Shown: in pieces, positions 1 through 13,800 of the stretch
Layout of the letters: each line of letters starts with the position of its first letter
How positions within the stretch are numbered: position 1 is the first letter of the stretch
Origin: Acanthaster planci
Lineage: Eukaryota
Length of the DNA stretch: 64,000 nucleotides
NCBI RefSeq assembly: GCF_001949145.1
Contig: NW_019091361.1
Location: 1,990,919-2,054,918 of the forward strand
Direction: 5' to 3'
Translations under genes and position numbers: made by a program
Notes under the pieces: generated by a model
Seen by the model: only the letters and a program-made list of their open reading frames with translations
Database searches by the model: none
What the model was told of the DNA's origin: nothing

Positions 1-5
1 AATCC

Positions 6-617
6 CAGTGTTGTAGTCGAGTATTTTTTTCCCAAGTAACAAGTACTGCCGAGTACTTTGACTGCCGAGTGCAAAGACAGGTCGAGTAATTTTGCTAGCC
101 GAGTACAAGTACTGGTTTCCGAGTACAAGTGCTTGCACTTCCGAGCACAGGTACGCGCACAAGTACTTCTAATTACGAGAAATTGGAACCAGACTACAAA
201 TGCCCAAGTAAATCACGGGACCAATCTGGAGTACCACAATATAATTCGCGTACTTGATTGGTTAAGTACGCCCACAGAATGCGAATGGGTCGTATATGTT
301 AATGGTCCCGCATTCGGCCTTCTTTTTGTCAGAACCGTATCGAATATGAGGTCATTGGGGTCGATTTTTTTTTACCTTATATTAACGGCCATGGTAAGTT
401 AACTTAAAGGATTTTTTTATCGAATACTGTTAATCGAGTACGAGTACTTTGATGCTCGAGTACAATTTTTGGATGTCGAGTTCCGAGTATTTTGTAGCCC
501 AAGTGCAAGAACTGTAGTTCGCGTACAAGTACTTGGACGTCCAAGTACGAGTATGAGTACAAGTTCTCTGAAAACGGTACTTGAGTACGAGTACCGAGTA
601 TGAGTACAACAACACTG
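6..617. mobile_element. Non-autonomous hAT-like MITE with GAGTAC subterminal repeats
   Basis: TIRs CAGTGTTGT...ACAACACTG; many (C)GAGTAC repeats near both ends; visible left flank AATCC vs right flank AAGAATTC is compatible with an 8-bp TSD. Confidence 0.7.
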
Positions 618-3151
618 AAGAATTCTGCATTCCTACAGTACAGAATCCTGTAAACACAAGGAGTTAGAACGAAGTCCCTACAGACCGTAATCCGGTCGGC
701 TCCATAGACAAAGCGTGGTTACCGGCCCCAGAGTGGAAGTCCCTAGACATTCTTTGTACACAGTGATCACCACCACCAGGTACATGTAGCTGGTAACCCA
801 CAGACTCGCCCTGTTTCGCTGCGTCCTACTGGAGTAAATACTGTAAATGGTGGAAAAGATACACAAAGAAGAAGCACAGTTCTCTTCAGTAGTCCTCAGG
901 AGTCAGCGAGTGATCCTAGTCGCAGCAAGTGATCGTAAGTCGCAATCCTAGTGGTTCCTACGGTTAAAAGAAGGTGGAAACATGCTGCAGGAATGCGTCT
1001 CACAACGTGGCGAATTTTCATGCCGAGACAGTTGTGGCCAATGACAGGAAGAACAATGAATCTTCCCATGTTTTGTGTGTTTCGTTATTTTCCTCAGGAC
1101 CAGCTACATTCTTTCAGTTTTCTTGTCGCGTATTTTTGAGAATTTGTGTTAGTTCTAATTCTGTTTATTGTTAAGAGAGACGTTTTGGGATGTAATGACA
1201 TAACCAGACTTTCATTATTATTGGAATATTGGAACAATCGCTAAAATTATCGAAATTTAAGTCTCCGATGACAGTGGTTTCCGTCTCGATGGCAGCCATG
1301 TTGAACATGCGGAAGTGTTACAGACATGCATGCGTGGTACCCACAATCCTTTGCAAATGCAACTCCAAGCATTCCTTATAGCCTGCAAGCGGCACATAAT
1401 TTGTTTTGTTCTTGCAGCATGTGCGATGCTGGCGGTGGCCATCATTGACCCTTTTGATCTCTGTATGTGCTTACTCGTACCGGTATAATAGCTCCATGGT
1501 CTAACTACATGTACATGCATGTACATGTACTGTTCCTCAGATCTCAAATACACATGTATGTATAAGTCAATTAGGAAATTCTAGTCCTTGCCTGGCATAA
1601 TGCCTAGGATAAGCCTTAGTAATTCCCACTTCCGCTTTGAGAGTACAATGTTGCAAGAGTCCCAGTGCATATAAATGTCGATAAAGATTTTATTTCAAAG
1701 GGAACAACAGTGACAAGCTTAAACTTCCAGGGTAATACTACAGTAGCGCTATTCAGGAACAAGCAAGATTAGAGGTAATCCTAGTTGGAAGGATTTGAAG
1801 CTCTTGGTCTTGGTACTAGTATGTGTATCTCTATTAAAAATTGTAGTTCCATTGGAGAATCTTGCATTATCACTTCATCTGTGACAAGGAAGTTTTTATT
1901 TCTACTGTACATGTACATTTAAAGTCCCACACTACCAGTGCATGTACATGTACATGCATTCCTATACATGTATTCATGCAACGTACACGTGTTTACACAA
2001 AATGCAAGTCATGATGAGTAGCAACATGACATCGCATGACATCATGAAATGACAATTCTTGAACTCTGCTAAAGGACGGGAGTTTTGAAAGAGCACATTC
2101 ACTATGCAACAACTAGCAAGTGGTGGGCAAAGCCATGAACAGAAATAATTACATTCTGTGATGGCATAATCAAATTAATTGGATTTTTTTCTGATAAATT
2201 TACCATTTTTGAATGAGAAAGGAAAACACATTGTGCTAAAAACTAGCTTTTCCTTTCTTTTTACTACACCAGCCATGTAACACAACAAATCTACAGGTAA
2301 ATTTTTACGATAGTAAAGAAAAGGCCATGCACAGGTACCGGACATATCTAAGTTTTCATATTTTAGCTTTAAAGAGAACTTCACAAGCAAACTGTTGACA
2401 ACTTTGAAATTAATCGGACTTGAGAATAGCAGGAAACATCCCTGCGATGACTCAGATGGGACTCCAGACACGAACAGCAAATGGAACCCACAACTCTCAG
2501 CAACCTTTTTTCAATACACACATGTACTGTACTTGTAGTGTCTGAGACAGGTGGGTTTCTCCTGGCTGCGCAGTGGATGCTTTTGGTTTGAGCCTCAGAC
2601 TGTGCATTTATGCATGAGCTTGCGATGCTGGTGATCTCTTTGTAAGAATAAATTTGTTCCACTTGGAGCAAATATTTGCAAAAGTTCCAAATGTACAATA
2701 TGCAGTCTCTTTTTAAAGTTCTATTTAACAGCATCATAAAAACCATTTTGTTCACAATTTCCTAGCATTTTGCTCTACAAAGTGGGCCCAGCTTGTTTTT
2801 GCCAAAAAGAAAGGCTTTTTTGTGTGTAAAAAACAGGTTCCAATACAAAATCTTATTGTTTGTCCAAAGAGTGTATTCATGGAAACCTCTCAAAGCTAAC
2901 TTACAATGTAAGCTTGTTATTGAAACTCCACAAATGCACTAGAACTTTGTTTTCTGAAGTTGGACCTTTCTTCTTCTCAGGCAAAAGTTCTTGAGCCAAA
3001 CTTTGACATCAGGTTCATGAGTAGTACCCAATGAACCTTTTCTCAAACTTTGTTTTCAGGAATTTGAAATAAGCCAATCTTTCCCATTTACTTTTCTGTC
3101 TCACTAAGTATCCTAGCCGCTCGGATTACCTTCGTCGCTGGGTGAAACTTA

Positions 3152-3340
<189 letters not shown>

Positions 3341-3903
3341 TTAATTGGATAGATCCGCAAGTTTCACCGGAAGCTTTCCCCTAGCTGGGTAAACTGTGCT
3401 AAATACAAAATGTATCACTGAAGAAAAAAATTAAATGTGTCTGTTAAATGCTGAAATGAAAACTAATTTCTTTTCATCATTGCTGAACTTTTTATGTTTC
3501 TCAATCTCTCCTTTCTCACACTGCAAGACAATGAAATATCTTGACAAACACCCAACATGCATGAGGCAAGATGGCTCTAACATGCTGCTCCTGAAGCACA
3601 ACATACAGTGTACATGTATCTTAATTCTAAACACTGCATGCAGCATGAAACTTTCGACTTGAGATTCTCGTATAACGGAATGTCAATTTTGACATTGCCT
3701 ATTCAAACTGTACAAACTTCTGCCTCATCTGTAACTGCTATAAAAGTACTGTCATGTTTTGAGCTCCATTCAAGCAATCACTATGGTGACTTTTTCCAAA
3801 TAGAACAATGACAAACAACAACCAGTGAAGCTTTCTTTACGGTTTGCAAAACCACAAAATTACATGTACAATGTACCGTACAATGTACATCTACTGTACT
3901 CAC

Positions 3904-3930
3904 AAGATGTACGTGATGACTCCAATGGCC
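3904..3930 (-). CDS. DAPK1: DAPK coding exon 6, 27-nt microexon (AIGVITYIL)
   Basis: Acceptor TTTTACAG|G, donor TT|GTGAGT; completes DMWxIGV. Confidence 0.9.
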
Positions 3931-5338
3931 CTGTAAAACAAAACAGATAAATCATTATAGGAGAATTTTGCTCATGGAGTGAATGTCCAATGGTAGTGTA
4001 CCATTTCAAATTCAAAATGACACCAGATCAAAACTTCCCCCGCAAAATTGCAAGAGTCATTTCCTTTTAGAGTTAGGCACCACTACAGTCTCCAATGTTT
4101 CCTTGAAAAACTGCTTGACTGATGTTTCTATGCCTGTGACTTTTTATTAGGGGATTTTTGTGTAAGACCAAGGATTTGGTTGACAAGTGCCGGTACGAAT
4201 GTTACGGTGAGTGTAAGCATTGTTAAAACTCCTGGGCTGTAAATCGAACAGTTCCAATTTCTAAAACTGGGCATCCGTAACCACCTATACAAATTACTTT
4301 GCAACGCTTAAGTCAAAAAACGTTTCTAGTGGACATTAGAAGTAAAGGCCAGGCAACGGGGAATGCCAAATCAGATGTCATATTTATGTCCAAAGCCTAA
4401 TCCACATCTGCTTATTCTTTTCAAAATTTAATTGGATTTTTTGGCATAAAATAAAACAGATTTTGTGCTGCCAGTACTACGTAGTTTCCAACTCGAATCA
4501 TCTGGCTTGAAGCCACTCAAAACTATTATTGATGGCACGTCCACAATACAAGTACATGTACATGTATTTGTCATGTTTGTGAGGCAGTTTTACCACAAAC
4601 GGTTTAATACCGTAGGGGCATAAAATTGAATCACAAGTGTGCCCTTTTTCCGATGAAAATTTGCAGGTCAAAATCTATGGGTAAATCTCATTAAATACAT
4701 AACACTCTCATTAAGTGCTGCTTATTCTTTCCTTCAATTTTATAAATTGCAGATGCAATGAAGGTATTAGAAACCAGCTACCCGGTACTTTGACAGAATT
4801 GAGAAGTACTAGAAAAGAGGCAAACACAGTAGACAGAAAAGTCCCCTTAAAAGTCCCCTTCCATCCTACAGGAAAACATGCATAAAACATGTTGCCCTTT
4901 CAGATTGCAAATGACAATCTTAAAGGGGTTTAAATTTTTCTCTATTGCAGAAAAACTGCTAACCACAAAAGGCACACCGCAAACAGTGCGTGTGCAGTGA
5001 GTGAAACATTAATTTTAAGTATAATCTTTTTCGCAAAATGACCTTTACCAAATGACTCAGACTCGATTCTGCAGAGCATCACTAATCACTGCATTCTGCT
5101 GTGTGTACACGAACAATGTTTGGTAGGATTCCTGGGATATTTGCACACACAGTCACATTGGAAACTTGAAATCCCCATCAATTGCTCTCTCTCTCTATTT
5201 CTCTTTTCGTTTTTTGGACAATATGACTGCGAGCACGCTGAGAGTGGAATGTGTCGCTAATATGGAAAATGGGGACGGGCAAACATTGAGAGATCAAAAT
5301 AAAGTGGAGCCTTTCTGTAATCCATGTATTGAGGTTAA

Positions 5339-8300
5339 AGAGCATCTCTTACAAAGTTGAAGTTTTTATGTTTGGTTCACTTTATGACAAATTATTACTC
5401 TCTGAACTCAGAACACTATTTTACGGCGCGAAGTTTCCTTTAGTGCAATAAAATCAAAGTTGAATTTGATGTCGCAACACGATTCAGCTCCATCTGTTGT
5501 GAAAACCATGTTCATATTTAATGCATGCAAATGATATACGTCTGACCCCTTAATATCGTGTTACTCGGTACGGGCCAAGTCATGTGTGTGTGTGTTTCGA
5601 AACATGGTGCCTTGAGTAGACCCAGGAGAATGGGTTGAATAGGTCTCCACAAGGAATTTCTAAAGGTGTGTAGGTCTCCACAAGGATTTCACGAAACTGA
5701 TATTTGGAAATTGCTCAAAAAAGGATTAATTTGTAATGCGTAAGGATCTGTCGCAAATTGGAGTGTTTCAAATAAGGGGTATTCGGTCGAAATTTCAGTC
5801 CAGGAGAGTGATTCATTTTGAAATGGGAGTGTTTTGAAAACATCGTTTCACACGCGGCCGAATTAGTACTGGAGAACAAAGCCATGTCTGCACAAGGATA
5901 CAAATTTCATTGTGTGTGTGCACACATGTATGTGGATGTGTGTAAGTAAGGAATATATACATGTACTTAGCTGTTTTTCCCGACATTATTTTATGTTTCG
6001 GTGGATTGTTCGAACTTATGAACATGCCGAGGTCCTGCATGGTCAGTGGATGTTCTCAGAATTGCCTTGAAATCCCAAAGTGAATATTCTGAGATTTCCA
6101 AAGGGAGATTTGAAGACACACAGAAAGTGAGTCTGGTTTATCAACCACATCACACACAGTCAGATTTCAAGTTGACCAAGTGGTCTCTGATGTGCAGTGA
6201 ACATTTTACAGAAAACTGTGCTGATGAATCAGCGATACTGAAGACGACTACGTTGGGTTTGAAATCTCAGTTTCCTCTGAAGAAAGGCTCTGTCTCGATG
6301 TTAAGTCTCCTCATCCTGTCGCAAATGGTCAGATTCCCAGTTCGACAAGGCAGCGATCTGGCATGTCTGGAAAGGCATTTCGGAAAAGAGTAAGGGCCAG
6401 GGTAGGATGGGTTCAATACTCTGTTACCACTGTACTGAGAAATTGTGGTTTCTTCAGAGGCCATTAAAGCACTTTGTTTATGAATAAATAAAGTGTATAC
6501 TGTCTGTGTGGGATTTACTCCATGACCGTGCACTACATCATCCACCACAACAGGGGACAGGCTCAGGTTCCTCACCACGAACGATCGGTTTCTCGGTGTT
6601 CTGCCTTCGTTGTCTGACCGGGAGTCGGGCCAGTCATCATCACTTGCTGAGGCCAGTGAATTGCCTTGGAAATCTTTGTTGTTAAGTTCTTCTGAATACT
6701 TGCTTAAATTTTCCCAACTACATGCAGTGTATTGTCAGATTCTGCAATAATTAATTTCCGATCTGGACATGCATGGATCTCGGGGAGTACTGTAATTTCT
6801 GGAATATAAATATGTTTGGCAGCTTACCGGTATACAGCAAAGTTTGAAGGATAAAATCTCAAACCACAGAGAATAAATACAAACTCGAGTTGTCCGCATT
6901 TCGAGTTATTAATGGAATTCGCCCAGTCATGAAGTCAAGAAACACATACATGAAATGTGTACGTAATCTTAAACTTTACTTTGCTCTGCTGTGGCTTCAT
7001 TTTTTAGTGATTATTTTCCCACTTGTTATTAATTCCCAAGGTGTATTTTTTTGCAGACAAATAATCATTTTACTAAGCTTTTTTATTGTTGTTACCTAAA
7101 GATTTCTTTCTACCATTAAATAAAAATCAACTGCTTCGGTGGTGTACCTTTGTGCGCCAGATCTTTCATTTTTTCACCAATCATGGTCAGCGTCACATGC
7201 CACAGAATTTCAGGTTTATCACTTTGTGCTTTCTGATGACAACACTTTCTGTGGTCACATGGTTATCAGAAAGAGTCAGTGATTGGACTGTCTATGAATG
7301 GGTCTGTGGCAGCAGTCGGGCTTGCCTGAAAACAAGGTTTGTTGAGAACACGGCAGTGCGTGTACCATGTGCAGCATGAATGCAACACAGGCGGTTCCAA
7401 TGTGATAACCCGAACCAGGGTCTCGTGGTGGATTTTTCATTTTTGAAGCGATCTGGCGGTGTTTTTTGATCAGCGTCACAAAAACTTTGAGATAACCGGA
7501 TGTAGTGTTGTGGAAAGTTACAAAGGTATTTTTTTACATAAAAGCGTAATCCTTCAACAAGAAGTAGTTGGCCTCTGAGATAAAACGATCTTTTGACTTA
7601 ACTGACTTTGAGTCATCAAAACTTTATTGTACGCCCCTAACTGCATAACTTTGCTGGCTGCTAGAAAAAAGGGCAAGAGCTCATGCAAAGCCCAAACAGG
7701 AAAATCAACCAGCCTGCAAAAAGTAGTAAATTTGAGGACTTCAAATTCTTTTTTATGGTGACACATGTTCGCACTTTTTTAAAAAACCATTGGCGCACTA
7801 TACCGGCACCTTCAGCACGCAGCACCCTCGTGGTCGGATCATCAGCACTGCGGCGCAGCCTTATATGCTGACTTTAAATATTAATTTGCCGATTTTTGCG
7901 TGTTGCGGCTTTTACACCGGGTATATTCCGAAAATTACGGTATGTGGCTATGGCTGAAATGTACTGTACGAATGCACAGGATGCTAAGATGCATTATTCC
8001 CTCCCTAAACAAGCATGGGGGTCAACTTGCAAAACTAATGAAAAGCTGTCATATTTAAAATATATCAACAAATTCTCACTGTAGATTATAAATTCATGGA
8101 TACCAGACTATCATGTTAGTTCTTTTCCTGCTGTTCCTTCCTGTACTGTGTGAAAAAAATGTGGTAGGTCCAGCATGTGTGTGTGTAGCTCATGCTAGTG
8201 CATATTTGGGTTCCCCCTCATTTCTGTTTTCTCCTCAGTGACGTTGTGTAAACAAACGCCTGACCTTTACATTTTTCAGACTTCATGTCTTGGCGCGCAC

Positions 8301-8433
8301 AGAAAAAAAATTCATTTTTCAAAGTATTTTGAGTAGCCTAGGTTGTAAAGACAAACCTTCTTGCTCTCGGTTTGGACATATTAATTTAAACAGGTAAAAG
8401 TCAGAGAGAACAGATTTTATTTGGAGGTGCTCT
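5339..8433 (+). mobile_element. Decayed Kolobok-like DNA transposon
   Basis: TTAA|AGAGCATCTC ... GAGGTGCTCT|TTGA (9/10 TIR match, TTAA-like TSD) enclosing a THAP relic. Confidence 0.45.
6024..6295 (+). pseudogene. THAP zinc-finger domain relic (transposon-derived)
   Basis: MPRSCMVSGCSQN, then frameshifted LRFPKGD..RK*V, then KWSLMCSEHFTENC and LKKGSV: C2CH THAP signature with stops and frameshifts. Confidence 0.75.
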
Positions 8434-10231
8434 TTGAGGGATGGGATGGTTTAGCTTTGCATGGTGTACATGTATGTTAACAACAATTTCAGTGAAAAAA
8501 GTAACTTCTATGGATATTTTCATTTAAGAAAATGGAACATGTAGACCCACTGGAAACTTTTGTGAACATACACGTACATGTGAAAATAACACTCCTTGGT
8601 CAAACGTGTACATGTACATTTTGGGTTGATATGCAGCTCCTGTTTAGATGTCAAAATACAAACCGTAATGAGCGATGCACTAGTTGTCGGCCACTTTTGT
8701 ACCTGTACATGTACGGTAGTATTATGTATGCTGGTTAGAGCAAACATACATGTATCATGATACCGGTATACACATGTACATGTAACAATTTCCTGTTATT
8801 ACTTTACAAGACTTGCAGTACATGTATACCAAATAACACAGTAAATACTTGGTACCTTTCAGCACCACACACGTACACAAGGCACAACTTGCAATTTTTC
8901 TTTTGACTTTTTAAGACGCTGCTTTTAGAAACTGCCCACTGCAAAATAAGCATGTAAAGTTTAAAATGGTTTTGCACACTAAATATACACTTGCTTCAAG
9001 TTTTTCTAAAGAACAAGCTCAGCACGGATTCTCTCACCACCTACATGCTCACTGTCATATTCAGTTGCTAAGTGAAAGTTTCCACTTAGCAACTGAACAT
9101 GATGTCTGACCTGGGGCCAATTTCTATGGGAACAGCTTGTTGCGCAAGTAAACGTAAGCACTACATGTATGAATCAAATTTGACACATTTTCCTTGGTTA
9201 CCGAACATGCTGTATATCTTATCACCTTAACTGCTTGAAATTTGAAACGAACACCTGCACAAATCACCTTGCAGACAAGGGCAAGCAATGTGAACGGTTA
9301 CATAAATCTCTTCAAGTAATACCGCTGAAGGGTACTACACTTTGAATGCTGTCTCTCATACAGCTACCAGCATATAAGAATACATGTTACCATGGAGCTA
9401 AGCAGGTACAAATAATGCGTCTTTGACCACATGCAAATGTGTGTCTCTCCTCTATGTTCATATTCCTGAAGGAAATTAAAAACTTCAATAATACAATTTA
9501 TTCCTGTCAACATATAACCCACCTCTCAACGCTAGTCCAAATAAAGACGCGCTTTGCGCAGCTGAGATGCAAGTTTTTACACCTGAGAGTAGTTTTCACC
9601 TCACTGGTCACAAACAAAGCCAAGGGTGCCTGAGATGTTGGCCCAGAGGTCCAGAAAGCATGATTAATCCTTCAACTATAATTGGATTTCGTCGAGACGT
9701 GCTCATCTGAGAGAACGTATATAAAGTGTTCTTCTCCATACAGATTAAATATTTAGGTGCACTTCAGTTATTGCTCTTTGATGATTCTTTTTCAGCATCA
9801 GGCAGAGTGGCCACTTGAGTAGGTGTTAGAATAGTGCTACAATAACTTCTCAGGCAGAACCATCAAACCAAGCAAATCTTAAAGACAGATTGGGGGAATG
9901 GGCAGGATGAATAACAGGTACCTCTCACACATCACGCAACATACTTGAGATAAGTGTACATATTCAAAACAAAGGAAAACTGCACTGCCATTTGCAAGGA
10001 TGGCAAAAACAGGTGTTTTTTTCCAGGGGTCGAGTTTTTCCTTACAGTTTTTTTTTTGCTCGGTCGTTTTTGTTTGTTTTTGCTGTTTGCTCTTTGTAAG
10101 CTTTCAGGTTTATTCTTGCTTGCTTTTGTTTGTTTTTGGCTATTTTTTCCTTTCTTTTTTTTTTTGGTTCTTTTTTATTTCTCTGTTTCATTTTTTCCCA
10201 TTATTTAACTTAATTAACGCCCTGGACCCTT

Positions 10232-10820
10232 TCAAGGATAAAGGCTGTCTGTGAGAGACCTCCAGAGGGCTCTGTCCTGTGCCCTTGCCTCAAGTTGTCT
10301 CCAGGTGATGCCCTGCCTCTTGGTGTCTGCCTGGAGGTCTCGTCGCCAGGTGTTTCTTAGCCGTCCTCTTTTTGTTTTTTCCTGATTGTTCCAAGTGAGC
10401 GCTTGTCGTGATGTACTTGTTAATGATTGCCTAAGTGTTTGCCCCAGCCATCTAAATTTCCTCCTCCCTGTTTCATTTTCCATTGAGGTTTGGTCTGTCG
10501 TGTCCCAGAGGCCTGTGTTGCTGATCTTCTCCTTCCAGTGTGTCCTCAAAATCTTTCTGAGACAGCAGTTGCTGAAGGTTTGGATCCTGTGAAGAGTAGT
10601 TTTTGTCATCCTCCATGTTTCTGATCAGTACAGCAGTACATTGGAGTTGAAAATCCTGCTTTTTATCTTTATTGAAAGTTCCCTGGAGTTCCATACTGTC
10701 TTGAGCTGTAGAAAGCTTGCTCGAGCCTTCCCAATCCCGACCTTAACAGCTGCATCTAGCCCTCCCTACTGATGATACTTCCTAGGTAAGTGAAGGAGTC
10801 CACCTCCTTGAGAGCATTTC
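10232..10820 (-). mobile_element. RTE-clade non-LTR retrotransposon 3' fragment
   Basis: EVDSFTYLGSII...IGKARASF...CLRKILR.HW...RWLG...RGR.RNTW...AQDRALWR with frameshifts; followed on the minus strand by an A-rich tract (about 10020-10210). Confidence 0.85.
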
Positions 10821-13800
10821 AATGTAGCAACACTGTGTAAGTACATGTAGCGTCCTCCATAATCCAATTCCAATTATGTCCAGTATGCTGCAAACAATCT
10901 CAACCTAACCCAGATTGGATTTCCCATCCTTCATCATCCTACTTTCATCAAACAAAACAACTCCTAATCAGATCTCCCTAAAAAGTGTGGGAAGTGAAGA
11001 AGATTGCCCCACAAATTTGACAAATTGGCTTTGAGTGCATGTACACTGTTCATGTACACCAAATGAAAGTCTACAGTACATAGACCTACGGCCATTCTAT
11101 TTTTTTCTCATCACAAGCCAGCGGGACTCCAGGGGGTAGACACTGAATCTTCATTTATAACATAAATCATCCTCTCATAATAGAATTATGCACTAAATGT
11201 GGGGCAGGTAGACACAGGTGCTGGTATATATATGCAAAAAAAATAAGTATTCAAGAAACACAAGAAGGAAAGCTTGGTAGGTGATGAGGATCCACTTTTG
11301 TGCACGTTGTCAATGTACGCGAACATGTCACTGCACTGCACACGGTGGAATTCAAAATACTCTCCATACTTACCAACCATGAATCAGTTTGACGTACACT
11401 ATACATACATGTACTCATATGCCTGACAAGGATTGCAAATTAGTGTAATTATAATATAACCATTGGTAAACGGTGAAACGCATGCCAGCCCCAAGCTCCA
11501 ATGTCAAATCAAACATTAGTTCATAACAGTAACAAGATATGGATGTCTGGTTACAATGAGTAATCCCTGGGTGGCCACTCCAGATGCACCCAATTCAACT
11601 TGGCTTGCCTCAGACAATGTGAAAGAAGGGAAAAGGGGGGTGTTGGATGGATCACAGCGATGACAGATGCCTCGGCAACAGACGCCCTGACAGTCTGGGA
11701 GAGTGTCCAATTATTACAGGCTTGTCTCTGGATCTGACACCTCGGGTCCAACCTGGGCTTGAGATCGGAAAGAATGGGTTGTCTGGAAATGTCACCAACA
11801 TCTCGCCGAGAACAAAAGACATTGTCACTGCCAGGTGTGCCTTCAGATTGACAAACAGTTGCTTGACATCAGGTGGATGAGGGAAAGAAAAAACATCCTA
11901 TGTACATGTACGTACTGTAAGGACTACCCCTTCCATAATAAAAAATAAGAAGTAACCTTTTTTGTGAGAATGGTAAAAATGAAGGTGTGAACATGATACA
12001 CATACTAGTCCCCTTTTTGTGATGCTCTACAGAGAATCTGAAACAGTTCACATACATGTACTGGTCACCCAACTGATTAACTAATGTTTCTCGAGTCCAG
12101 GCTTTTCCTGTTCAATTTCACAGTCAAATGTACAGACTTTATTCTCATACACAATGTGTAATGTCTCTAACAAATGAATGTTGCCAGGCAGATTTCAGGT
12201 ATTTATTACAGTTTGAACCTATGCACCAAATGGTACATACAATATTATGAGCTTTTAGACCGTCAAGACGGCTGATGGTACGATAGTTTGCAATGTGAAA
12301 CACTCCTTGCCATCCTTTTGAGGGGAGTCTACTCAAACTCCCCACCTGGAGCATACTGGGTGTTCAGAGGATTATCAGACCTGCTGATTACGTGGGTTCT
12401 CCCATGACAACAGTTTTCTGAAGAGCATTTATTCTCCTCTCTCATTCCTCACCTACAACGTGCTTTGTTCTAGAACTTTTAAGAGGAGCTGACGGAAGAG
12501 TTTAGACTGCTCAGAATAAACAAAAATTAATGTGCAGGGAAGTGGGCACTAGGTACTGTAGATACCTGTACAGTCAACATGAAACGATGTAAATACATGT
12601 ATAGAGTGTGTGGTTACTCTTCAAAATGCCAAGAAACTTCTATGCAAAGGTTCCTACTGTACATCAGTGTGACTTCTACAGTGGTACAATCATGTGCATT
12701 AATCATAATGCTCTAATGGGATATTTCATAGCCAGCACAATGTACATATACACATTTCTCTGAACTGTACTGGCAAACAGCGGCAAAACTGCACATAATG
12801 GCATCCTTTCCCTATGGTTTCTGTACATGTCAAATGTGAAGCACACCTTTTGTGAATGAAATGGTGCATGCAAGTTATAAATGTGCCTCATCATTCAGGA
12901 TTGCAGACCACAAATGTTCACAGTCCTTCAACAGTTTTTAAACAAACCCATGATGCTTTCATAACATTTACCGGTACATGTGTGCTCTAGGCACCATTAA
13001 ACAAACGAAAATAAGATGAATGATCACTTTCAGGCCGAGAGAAGGTGGCTTCGTGACAAGAATGAAAATACCGGTACATGTACCTCGACAGCAGAAACAT
13101 GCATCATAGACTGGTGGTGTACCGTTACGTCTGATGGTAAATGAGGTAGAATTATCCCAAATGGGGAGGGGAAACAGATGGGGGGAGAGGGACAGACGAT
13201 GGGAAGCAGCAGAGTGGAAGAAGAATTTGATTGGCTGAGTACTCTGAAGCATTGGACATCTGTTTGCTCATCACCCATCTGAGAGGACATCGTGGAGATT
13301 GGATTACGCCTTGAAATTCAGCCCGTCTCTCTGGATGAGCTTGGTCACCGGAGCGGAAGAGATTTTAATTGGGCGGCTGATGACTGGGTTTAAATTGGGC
13401 GCCAGCGTGAAATGGGGAATCCTGTAATAACTGGACACAACTAAAAAAACATGAACATTCCGAGAAACTCCCCGGGGACCGAGCAAAGCATTTTTACTTT
13501 GCTTTATCCACTGGCGTTAAATTTTGTGCAATCACGACGATGTAAACTTTTACCAGCAAAGCTGAAGTTCAAATGAATAACATCGTTACTTCTTTAATTC
13601 TCTGTTTGAAATTGTATACTCCTCTGTTCTCTTAGCGTCAAGAATAAAGGCCTAAAAGGAATTTCATTAGTTTGCTTTGATCCCTTTTTGTTTGGTTTTA
13701 TTTAATTTTAATGTTTTATGGAATATTTGTCAAAAATTATTCACAGGAGAAAATAATGCAACCATCATGCCGTTTTAGAAAATGAGTCAGAGACATGACC

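Noticed and set aside
50..610. GAGTAC repeats as a CRISPR-like array
   Set aside because: Irregular short subterminal repeats of a MITE; no constant repeat-spacer period; eukaryotic context
9954..10254. Phe-rich membrane-protein-like ORFs
   Set aside because: T-rich low-complexity tract next to the RTE 3' end
11516..11880. GC-richer stretch with ORFs on both strands
   Set aside because: No homology recognised and no compatible splice sites identified
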